Source: Nitrososphaera viennensis EN76 (GTDB lineage Archaea; Thermoproteota; Nitrososphaeria; Nitrososphaerales; Nitrososphaeraceae). From it: 32,000 nt of DNA. The position numbers were made by a program, and so were the translations under genes. Below, one piece after another: positions 21,190 to 28,542 of the stretch. The DNA is taken from positions 1,200,001-1,232,000 of the forward strand of contig NZ_CP007536.1 in the NCBI RefSeq assembly GCF_000698785.1, read 5' to 3'. Position 1 is the first letter of the stretch. Each line of letters starts with the position of its first letter. Under the pieces are notes generated by a model. It did no database searches. It was not told the DNA's origin and saw only the letters and a list, made by a program, of their open reading frames with translations.

Positions 21190-22017
21190 TTATAGCCTAA
21201 ACCCAAAGGCCTGCCCCTTGAAGCGCGCGACGCCTATCACTGCCACAAGCGATGCCGCAAGCACAAGCGCTGCAATCACGCCAAACTCTGGCACGACCAT
21301 AGTTCCGGTGATGTCAACCGACGTAGCGCCGGCCGGTGCCGTGAACTTTATCGTCGTCGAGTCTGTCGAGTTCGTTGACGTAAATTGCACAGTCTGGCCG
21401 TTTGCGGTGACACTCTGTATGCCATCTATCATGGCCTTTGGCAGCGTCACTTCCATTTCGCCGGCTTTGTCAAAAGCCACGTTGACCGACTCGCCTGCGG
21501 TGATAGTTGCAGCAGTCACCTTGGAGGTTGCAGACTTGCTGGTCACTGTGTAGCTCTTGCCGTCAAGCTGGGCTGTGGCTGTTCCTTCCTGCATCGTCGC
21601 AGTTCCGTTGCCACCAGTGCTGCCGCCTGCAGCCGCTACTGTGAGCGTGCCTACCATTGCAGGGTGGAGCGAGCAAAAGTACGGATATTCTCCTGCTTCT
21701 GTCGGCTTGAACTCAAGAGTCTTGGTCGGCGGAATGAGCACCGGGGTGCCGTCAGGCTTTTCGCCGAACTTGCCGTCCGGGGTCCCGCCTGAACCGGACT
21801 CTACAGTGTGCAGAGCGCCATCTTTGTTGGTCCAAATCACAGTATCTCCCACGTTGGCTTGGGCCGGGTTTGGAGAAAACGCGTCGTTTGTCTTGGTCGA
21901 CGCTCCCGGCACAATGGTGATGTTGACGGTCGCTGCAAAGGCTGCCTGGCTAGGGATAGCCAATACGGCCGCCAAAATAGCCGCCATGCCTGCAGCTAGT
22001 GCTATCTTTGCGTTCAT
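21190..22017 (-). CDS. Blue (type 1) copper protein, plastocyanin-like, with a second domain and a PEFG-CTERM tail
   Basis: I place the start at ATG 22017 (MNAKIALAAGMAAILAAVLAIPSQAAFA|ATV). Copper ligands: GALHTV (His) and YFCSLHPAMVG (Cys-x2-His-x2-Met). Tail VVPEFGVIAALVLAASLVAVIGVARFKG. The track's extension to 22149 overlaps the divergent gene. Confidence 0.9.
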   Translation of the reverse strand: MNAKIALAAGMAAILAAVLAIPSQAAFAATVNITIVPGASTKTNDAFSPNPAQANVGDTVIWTNKDGALHTVESGSGGTPDGKFGEKPDGTPVLIPPTKTLEFKPTEAGEYPYFCSLHPAMVGTLTVAAAGGSTGGNGTATMQEGTATAQLDGKSYTVTSKSATSKVTAATITAGESVNVAFDKAGEMEVTLPKAMIDGIQSVTANGQTVQFTSTNSTDSTTIKFTAPAGATSVDITGTMVVPEFGVIAALVLAASLVAVIGVARFKGQAFGFRL

Positions 22018-22124
22018 TGATAATTGCGAGCACCATGAGATTAAAAAAGTTTTGGAGCTTTGTTCTGTAGACAGAGACCTCATAGTCAGGTTTTTAACGC
22101 ACACGCGCTGTTTTACCGGATCTA

Positions 22125-23039
22125 GTGCGCATAGTCTCATTCCTGCCAAGTGCCACAGAAACCCTGTACGAGCTGGGGCTTGGGCGCCAGCTGGTCGGCG
22201 TGACCCACGAGTGCAAGTACCCGCCTGCCGCGCGGAAAAAGCCGCAGGTAATACACCCGTCTTTTGACCCGGCCAGGATGACTGGAAAAGAGATTGACAG
22301 CAAGATAGTAGAGCTGGTGCGATCGGGAGGCGACATTTACCTAGTCGACGAAAAGGCGCTCAAGGAGGCCGACCCGGAGCTTATCGTGGCGCAGGGGCTC
22401 TGCGAGGTATGTTCGCCCTTTACAAAGGAGATAGGAAGGGCGGTAAGCGTGCTTGGAGGCAAGCCTGACGTGCTCGTGCTTGACCCGCACGACCTTGACG
22501 ACGTGCTGGTGAGCATCATGGACGTGGCAGAAAAGGTCGGCAGGGTAAAAGAGGGCCGCAAATTAGTCTCGTCGCTTCAAAAACGCATCGACGCGGTGCG
22601 CGCAATGAAGGTAAAAGGCAGCAGGCCCAAGGTGGCGTGCATCGAGTGGGTCGACCCGCCGTTTACCGCCGGCCACTGGGTTCCCCAGATGGTCGAGTAT
22701 GCTGGCGGCATAAATGGGCTGAGCGTTGCAGGCGAGCAGTCGCGCAGGACGGATCTGGAAGAGATCGCGAAATTCGACCCCGACATCATCGTCATGATGC
22801 CATGCGGCTTTGGGGTAGAGAGGACGCTTGAAGAGATGAAAACCCTGAAAGGAAATGAAAAGTGGGAGTCGCTTCGCGCAGTGAAGCAGAAAATCGTCTA
22901 TGCGGTCGAGTCGGGCGCGTATTTCAGCAAGCCCAGCCCGCGAACTGTCGTGGGCCTTGAGATACTTGCAAAGATAATCCACCCGGAGGCTGCCAGAAAG
23001 ATAAGGGTGCCAAAGGGCAGTTACAAAAAGGTAAAGTAA
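22125..23039 (+). CDS. Periplasmic-binding-protein fold (BtuF/FhuD-like, PF01497-type) without a signal peptide
   Basis: (M)RIVSFLPSATETLYELGLGRQLVGVTHECKYP is the characteristic N-terminus of this family. GTG start with TATA GGTTTTTAACG about 31 nt upstream. There is no hydrophobic N-terminus and no ABC permease or ATPase gene nearby. Confidence 0.8.
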   Translation: MRIVSFLPSATETLYELGLGRQLVGVTHECKYPPAARKKPQVIHPSFDPARMTGKEIDSKIVELVRSGGDIYLVDEKALKEADPELIVAQGLCEVCSPFTKEIGRAVSVLGGKPDVLVLDPHDLDDVLVSIMDVAEKVGRVKEGRKLVSSLQKRIDAVRAMKVKGSRPKVACIEWVDPPFTAGHWVPQMVEYAGGINGLSVAGEQSRRTDLEEIAKFDPDIIVMMPCGFGVERTLEEMKTLKGNEKWESLRAVKQKIVYAVESGAYFSKPSPRTVVGLEILAKIIHPEAARKIRVPKGSYKKVK

Positions 23040-23048
23040 AATAGAAAG

Positions 23049-23360
23049 TTATTGGGTCAGCGAGACCTCGATGTAGACATCGTCAGGGATTTTCAGGCGC
23101 ATAAGCTGCCTGATTGCCCTGTCGTCGGCGCCCACGTCGATTACCCGCCTGTGGATGCGGAGCTCGTACTTGTCGTACGTGTTCGTTCCCTGGCCGCACG
23201 GCGACTTTCTCGTCACCACCTTCATGCGCTTGGTCGGCAAGGGGTGGGGTCCGCGCAGCTTGATGCCGCTCTTTTCCCCGATGCCCTTGATCTCCGTGCA
23301 CACGCCTTCAAGCGTGGTGAGGTTCGTGCTTGTCAGTTTGATTCTTGCTGCCTGGGGCAT
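23049..23360 (-). CDS. rps10: 30S ribosomal protein S10 (uS10)
   Basis: ARIKLTSTN...LRGPHPLPTKRMKVVTRKSPCGQGTNTYDKYELRIHRRVIDV, immediately downstream of EF-1alpha as in most archaea. Confidence 0.95.
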   Translation of the reverse strand: MPQAARIKLTSTNLTTLEGVCTEIKGIGEKSGIKLRGPHPLPTKRMKVVTRKSPCGQGTNTYDKYELRIHRRVIDVGADDRAIRQLMRLKIPDDVYIEVSLTQ

Positions 23361-23370
23361 CTGGATTCAC

Positions 23371-24684
23371 TTACTTTTTGTTCGGGTCGTACTTTTCGGT
23401 GATGTTCAGGACGACGCCTGCGGCGATGGTTGTCCCCATGTCGCGGAGCGCAAACCTGCCGATCTCCGGAAAGTCCTTGAACGTTTCGATTGCAAGTGGC
23501 CTCACCGGCTTTATCTTGACGATTGCCGCGTCGCCCGTCTTTAGGAACTTGGGGTTCTCTTCCGTTGTCGCACCTGTCCTCGGGTCGATCTTGCTCACAA
23601 AGTGAGAGATTGTCGCCGCGACCTGCGCAGTGTGCGCGTGCAGCACTGGCGTGTAGCCCGGAGCGATTGCGGTCGGGTGCGAGATGACGATGATGCGTGC
23701 CTCAAACTCCTTTGCGACTGCTGGCGGGTTGTCTGCCGGGCCGATAATGTCGCCGCGCTTGATCTGCTTCTTGTCCACGCCCCTGAGGTTAAAGCCGACG
23801 TTGTCGCCAGCCTCTGCCGACTCGAGCACTGTGTGGTGAGTCTCGATTGACTTGATTTCGCCAACAGCGCCTGACGGCATGACTACGACCTTGTCGTTTG
23901 GCCTCATCTTGCCTGTTTCCACCCTGCCCACCGGCACGGTGCCGACGCCTGTGATTGTGTAAACATCCTGTATAGGAACCCTGAGCGGCTTGCCGATTGG
24001 CTTCTCGGGCGGCTCGAACGCGTCGAGTGCCTCCGCAAGGGTCGGGCCCTTGTACCACGGCATGTTGTCGCCTCTTTTCACAAGGTTGTCGCCCTTCCAG
24101 CCTGACACCGGCACAAAGTTGACCTTGGCTACGTTAAAACCGACGGACTTTAGCATCTTTTCTACGCTGTCCTTGACCTCCTTGTAGCGTGCCTCTTGGT
24201 AGCCGACATCGTCCATCTTGTTCAGTGCGACTACGATCTGGCCGACGCCGAGCGTCTTGGCGAGGAACGCGTGCTCCCTGCCCTGTCCTCCCGGCTCGAT
24301 GGATGCCTCTGTTTCACCCGGCTTGACCGAGATTACAAGGATGGCTGCGTCAGCCTCTGACGCGCCCGTGATCATGTTCTTGATGAAGTCCTTGTGACCG
24401 GGAGCGTCGATCAGCGTGAAAAAGTACTTCGAGGTCTCGAATTTCTGGAAAGCAAGGTCGATGGTGATACCTCTTTCGCGCTCGTCCTTGATCGAATCCA
24501 TGACCCATGCGTACTTGAAAGTGTCACCCTTTCCGGTTGCCTCGGATTCCTTTGCATATGCGTCAATAGTTCTCTGGTCAATTGCGCCGAGATCGACGAG
24601 CAAGTGACCGACAGTAGTAGATTTACCATTATCGACGTGGCCTGTAACCACAATGTTCAGGTGTGGCTTTTTGCTAGCGCTCAT
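23371..24684 (-). CDS. tuf: Translation elongation factor 1-alpha (aEF-1A)
   Basis: I place the start at ATG 24684 (MSASKKPHLNIVVTGHVDNGKST). G-motifs GHVDNGKST, DAPGH and NKMD are present. The track's 40 extra N-terminal codons have no homology-like content. Confidence 0.95.
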   Translation of the reverse strand: MSASKKPHLNIVVTGHVDNGKSTTVGHLLVDLGAIDQRTIDAYAKESEATGKGDTFKYAWVMDSIKDERERGITIDLAFQKFETSKYFFTLIDAPGHKDFIKNMITGASEADAAILVISVKPGETEASIEPGGQGREHAFLAKTLGVGQIVVALNKMDDVGYQEARYKEVKDSVEKMLKSVGFNVAKVNFVPVSGWKGDNLVKRGDNMPWYKGPTLAEALDAFEPPEKPIGKPLRVPIQDVYTITGVGTVPVGRVETGKMRPNDKVVVMPSGAVGEIKSIETHHTVLESAEAGDNVGFNLRGVDKKQIKRGDIIGPADNPPAVAKEFEARIIVISHPTAIAPGYTPVLHAHTAQVAATISHFVSKIDPRTGATTEENPKFLKTGDAAIVKIKPVRPLAIETFKDFPEIGRFALRDMGTTIAAGVVLNITEKYDPNKK

Positions 24685-24840
24685 AGGGCAAGAGCGCTTC
24701 ATGGGCTTTATTTGTATTTCGCCTGCGATTCTTGCGATTTCTTGTACGTCTCGTTCGCAAATTTTTGCCACCCCTGCGCCGTGCGCAGGGGATCCGGCGT
24801 GCAAAAATATTCATTCCCACAGGAGGGAACTATCGGAAGA

Positions 24841-24850
24841 GTTTTAAACC
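24841..24850 (+). promoter_or_regulatory. TATA box GTTTTAAACC of fbp
   Basis: Centre lies about 31 nt upstream of ATG 24877. Confidence 0.6.
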
Positions 24851-24876
24851 AATAACCGCGACTTTTTTCTTCAGAC

Positions 24877-26001
24877 ATGCGGATCACGATCAGCGCAATC
24901 AAGGCAGATATCGGAGGCATTGGCGGCCACACCCGCCCAAGCGACGAGCTCGTCGACGCGGTAAAGAGCTTTGTAGCCAAGAACTCAAAAGGGATGCTAA
25001 TCGACCATTACATCGGCTTTAGCGGAGACGACATCCACATCATAATGACCCACACGCTTGGAGTCGACAACGAAAAAATCCACAAGCTTGCGTGGGACGC
25101 GTTCACAGAAGGCACCAAGGTGGCCAAGGAGCAGGGGCTGTACGGCGCAGGGCAGGACCTGCTGAAGGACTCGTTCTCTGGCAACGTCAAGGGCATGGGG
25201 CCGGGAGTCGCCGAGATAGAGATGGAAGAGCGCCCAAGCGAGGTGTTCTGCATTTTCGCAGCCGACAAGACAGAGCCGGGCGCATACAATTTCCCGCTGT
25301 GGAGGATGTTTGTCGACGCAAGGAGCAATACCGGCCTCTTGATAAACGAGCGCCTTGCAGAAGGCGTCGTATTTAGAATAATGGACGTCATGTCCGGCAA
25401 GGTCGCCGACCTGAAGATGTGGCAGGACAAGGCAGAGCTTGAGGCAGCGCTGATGTACCCGGGCAGGTACGTCGTTTCGGCAGTTTTCTCGGCAGACATG
25501 TCCGAGCAGATAGTGTCGGCGTCAACCGACCGCCTGCACAACATCGCCGGCACGTACGTAGGCAAGGACGACCCCATCATGATAGTAAGGACTCAAAAGA
25601 ACTTTCCAGCTACCGAAGAGGCGGGAAGTGCGTTCAACGACCCGCACTATGTGGCAGGCAACACGAGGGGAAGCCACCACATGCCGCTGCAGCCGGTAAG
25701 ACTCAATTCGGCTGCAAGCCTCAACTACTCCATACCCATTGTATCCTGCCTGCTTTTCAGCATGCACAACGGGAAACTGACCGGCCCACACGACGGCTTT
25801 GGCACTGTCGACTGGGACCTCCAGCGCATGTGGGCGGCAGAGCGCGCAATGATAATGCGCAACCAGGGCTTTATCCATCCGGCGACGCTCATCCCAGAGG
25901 AGCTTGAATACAACAAGGGCTACCAGGCGCGCATGAGCAAGCTGGAATCCAAGTTCCGCGACCTCGAAGAGCCAAAGAAGGGCAAAGCGGGCAAGCGTTG
26001 A
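24877..26001 (+). CDS. fbp: Bifunctional fructose-1,6-bisphosphate aldolase/phosphatase (class V FBPase)
   Basis: MRITISAIKADIGGIGGHTRPS is the family signature. Length is about 374 aa. Confidence 0.95.
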   Translation: MRITISAIKADIGGIGGHTRPSDELVDAVKSFVAKNSKGMLIDHYIGFSGDDIHIIMTHTLGVDNEKIHKLAWDAFTEGTKVAKEQGLYGAGQDLLKDSFSGNVKGMGPGVAEIEMEERPSEVFCIFAADKTEPGAYNFPLWRMFVDARSNTGLLINERLAEGVVFRIMDVMSGKVADLKMWQDKAELEAALMYPGRYVVSAVFSADMSEQIVSASTDRLHNIAGTYVGKDDPIMIVRTQKNFPATEEAGSAFNDPHYVAGNTRGSHHMPLQPVRLNSAASLNYSIPIVSCLLFSMHNGKLTGPHDGFGTVDWDLQRMWAAERAMIMRNQGFIHPATLIPEELEYNKGYQARMSKLESKFRDLEEPKKGKAGKR

Positions 26002-26681
26002 AGTTGTTGAACCGGCCCCTCATCATCAACTTCAAGAACTATGGCGAGGCGTCTTCGGCAGAAAAGACGCTAGAGCTTGCAAGAGCGGCGCAAGAAGTCG
26101 CAAGGAAACTAGAAGTCGAGGTGGTGCTTGCGCCACCGCAGCCGTCCCTTGCGCTTGTCTGCAAGAACGTCGACATCCCCGTGATATCCCAGCACGTCGA
26201 CGACGCTCAAGAAGGCTCGACCACGGGATTTTTCGTGCCAGAGATCGCAAAGTCGTACGGCGCATCCGGCTCGCTGATAAACCACAGCGAGCACAGGATC
26301 GAAATTGGCGTTATCGCAAGCCTGGCGAAGAAGCTGCGCGCTCTGAAAATGACGTCAATTGTGTGCGCCCGCACGCCTGACGAGGTGACAAGGATATCAG
26401 AAATGGAGCCGGACTTTATCGCAATCGAGCCACCAGAGCTCATAGGCTCCGGCAGGGCAGTGTCAAAGGAAAACCCGGCCATCATAACGGATTCCATAAA
26501 GGCGGCAGGCGGAAAATCAAAGGTGATCTGCGGCGCAGGCATCACGGACAGGGACGACGTCGCAAAGGCAGTCGAGCTTGGCTCGTACGGCATACTGGTT
26601 GCTTCTGGAATCATCAAGGCCAAGTCGTGGCCCGACAAGATAGCCGAGCTTGCGCAGGGCATGAAGAAAATATCATCATAG
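25998..26681 (+). CDS. tpiA: Triosephosphate isomerase, archaeal short type
   Basis: LIINFKNYGEA..., NHSEHR, and AIEPPELIGSG; 227 aa. The TTG start overlaps the fbp stop codon (TTGA), suggesting translational coupling. Confidence 0.9.
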   Translation: MKLLNRPLIINFKNYGEASSAEKTLELARAAQEVARKLEVEVVLAPPQPSLALVCKNVDIPVISQHVDDAQEGSTTGFFVPEIAKSYGASGSLINHSEHRIEIGVIASLAKKLRALKMTSIVCARTPDEVTRISEMEPDFIAIEPPELIGSGRAVSKENPAIITDSIKAAGGKSKVICGAGITDRDDVAKAVELGSYGILVASGIIKAKSWPDKIAELAQGMKKISS

Positions 26682-26748
26682 AAGATACACAGAGTAAAGA
26701 GATTCTGTAAGGATCTGGAAATTCTCTTAAATATTCAGTATTGCTGAA

Positions 26749-27816
26749 GTGCGCATGCATATGGTCGACGAGGCAAAGTTAAACGAGTTTATTGGAAAGG
26801 TGGTAAGCGACATGGGAGGAGGAGTGGGAGCACTCCTTGCATTTGTCGGCGACAGGCTTGGATTGTACAGGGCGATGGCAGGGGCAGGCCCCATGACTTC
26901 AGACGCGCTGGCACAGAAAACCGGCGCAAACCCGCGCATGATAAAAGAGTGGCTTGCAAGCCAGGCTGCCGGCGGGTACGTGTCGTACGACGCAAAGACC
27001 GGCACGTACACGCTGCCGGAGGAGCAGGCAATGGCGCTTGCGCAGGAAGGGGGCCCGGCGTTCATGCAGGGCGGATTTCAGATCCTGGTGTCACTTTTCA
27101 AGGACGAGCAAAAGATAATCGAGGCCGTAAGGACCGGAAGGGGGCTTTCGTGGGGCGACCACGAAAAATGCCTGTTTGAGGGCACCGAACGGTTTTTCAG
27201 GCCGGCGTACAACGCAAATCTTGTCAAGAGCTGGATACCTGCGCTTGATGGCGTTGAGGCCAAGCTGAAAAAGGGAGCCAAGATGGCAGACGTCGGCTGC
27301 GGCCACGGCGCGTCGACCATACTCCTGGCCAAGGTGTACCCAAATTCCAAGTTCTATGGGTTTGACTACCACGAGCCTTCGATAGAGTGGGCAAAAAAGC
27401 AGGCAGAAAAAGAAGGTGTCGCAGACAGGGTCACGTTCCAGGTGGCAAGATCGACAGACTTTCCCGGCGATGACTATGACGTCGTTGCGTTCTTTGACTG
27501 CCTGCACGACATGGTCGACCCTTACGGCGCGGCTGCCCACACGTACAGGGCGCTCAAAAATAAGGACAGCACGATGCTAATAGTCGAGCCGTATGCCGAA
27601 GATAAACTTGAGGACAACCTTAACCCGCTTGGCAGGCTGTTCTACTCGGCCTCGACTGCCATATGCGTGCCGGCGTCACTTGCTCAGGGAGGCCCGGGGC
27701 TTGGAGCGCAGGCCGGCGAGAAAAAGATACGCGAGGTAGTCGAAAAGGGCGGCTTTACCAGGTTCAGGCGCGCGACCAGGAGCCCGGTGAACCTCGTGTA
27801 CGAGGCTAGACCCTAG
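26749..27816 (+). CDS. Class I SAM-dependent methyltransferase with an N-terminal helical domain
   Basis: Motif I is ADVGCGHGASTILLA; post-I is FYGFDYHEPSIEWA; also present is YDVVAFFDCLHDM. The real start is probably ATG 26755 or 26761 (TATA CTCTTAAATATTC at about 26724-26736). Confidence 0.85.
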   Translation: MRMHMVDEAKLNEFIGKVVSDMGGGVGALLAFVGDRLGLYRAMAGAGPMTSDALAQKTGANPRMIKEWLASQAAGGYVSYDAKTGTYTLPEEQAMALAQEGGPAFMQGGFQILVSLFKDEQKIIEAVRTGRGLSWGDHEKCLFEGTERFFRPAYNANLVKSWIPALDGVEAKLKKGAKMADVGCGHGASTILLAKVYPNSKFYGFDYHEPSIEWAKKQAEKEGVADRVTFQVARSTDFPGDDYDVVAFFDCLHDMVDPYGAAAHTYRALKNKDSTMLIVEPYAEDKLEDNLNPLGRLFYSASTAICVPASLAQGGPGLGAQAGEKKIREVVEKGGFTRFRRATRSPVNLVYEARP

Positions 27817-28438
27817 GCCTAGGCAGGTTCCAGTTGTACTTCATCGCAAGCATGCGAAGCCCGGTGGCAAGGGCGATGCACGGTATAGCCGCGACGTTGA
27901 CGTCGACTCCGGCGGCAAGCATCCCAAAGAACGCGACCACGCCGGCAAAGCTTGCAGACGCGTATAGCTCTTTGACAAACACGATTGGCACCTCATTGAC
28001 AAATACGTCGCGCAGTATTCCGCCCCCGACCGCCGTCACGATGCCGGCAAACGCCATCGCAAGGAAATTCAGCCCAAACACGCTGTAGGCAAACGACGCG
28101 CCGATTATTGTAAAGACGCCGAGGCCGACTGCGTCAAATTTCAGGATAAGCCCCTCGTAGTGCTTGAACGACCTGTAGAGGAAAAAGATGGCAACGGCCA
28201 TCCCTATCGTTATTGCAACATAGAGAGGGTTTGCTATGGCGACAGGCGGCACCCTGCCAAATATCACGTCGCGAAGCACGCCGCCTGCAACCCCGGTTAT
28301 CGTGGCAAGTATGATGATTCCGACAATGTCGGACTTGTGCTCCACCGCCTTGAAGGCACCGGTAGCTGCGAACGCGGCAGTTCCAAAGAGGTCGAGGAAC
28401 TGGATGAGCATGGGCACGGAAAGGCCGGGGTCCGCCAA
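27806..28438 (-). CDS. TRIC/UPF0126-family membrane protein (two glycine-rich repeat halves)
   Basis: FGTAAFAATGAFKAVEHKSDIVGIIILATITGVAGGVLRDV, with a second half ending GGGILRDV; about 7 TM helices. It converges on the methyltransferase gene, overlapping it by 11 nt. Confidence 0.85.
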   Translation of the reverse strand: MADPGLSVPMLIQFLDLFGTAAFAATGAFKAVEHKSDIVGIIILATITGVAGGVLRDVIFGRVPPVAIANPLYVAITIGMAVAIFFLYRSFKHYEGLILKFDAVGLGVFTIIGASFAYSVFGLNFLAMAFAGIVTAVGGGILRDVFVNEVPIVFVKELYASASFAGVVAFFGMLAAGVDVNVAAIPCIALATGLRMLAMKYNWNLPRPRV

Positions 28439-28502
28439 GGCCGGCTAGCTCTGCGCAGGCATTGATTTGAAACTATCGGTGTGTATATACGCTGTTCATA
28501 AC

Positions 28503-28512
28503 GTTTTAAACC
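28503..28512 (+). promoter_or_regulatory. TATA box GTTTTAAACC of ppdK
   Basis: Centre lies about 35 nt upstream of ATG 28543. Confidence 0.6.
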
Positions 28513-28542
28513 AGCAGTTGGCAAGAAGTTTCATCAAAAAAC

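Noticed and set aside
24685-24804. N-terminal extension of EF-1alpha in the ORF track, with similar extensions at 22018-22149 and 13861-13968
   Set aside because: The extensions lack homology-like sequence and overlap neighbouring genes or promoters. Internal ATGs give canonical N-termini: MSASKKPHLNIVV, a signal peptide MNAKIALAAG, and a signal peptide MSSRRPLLIV.
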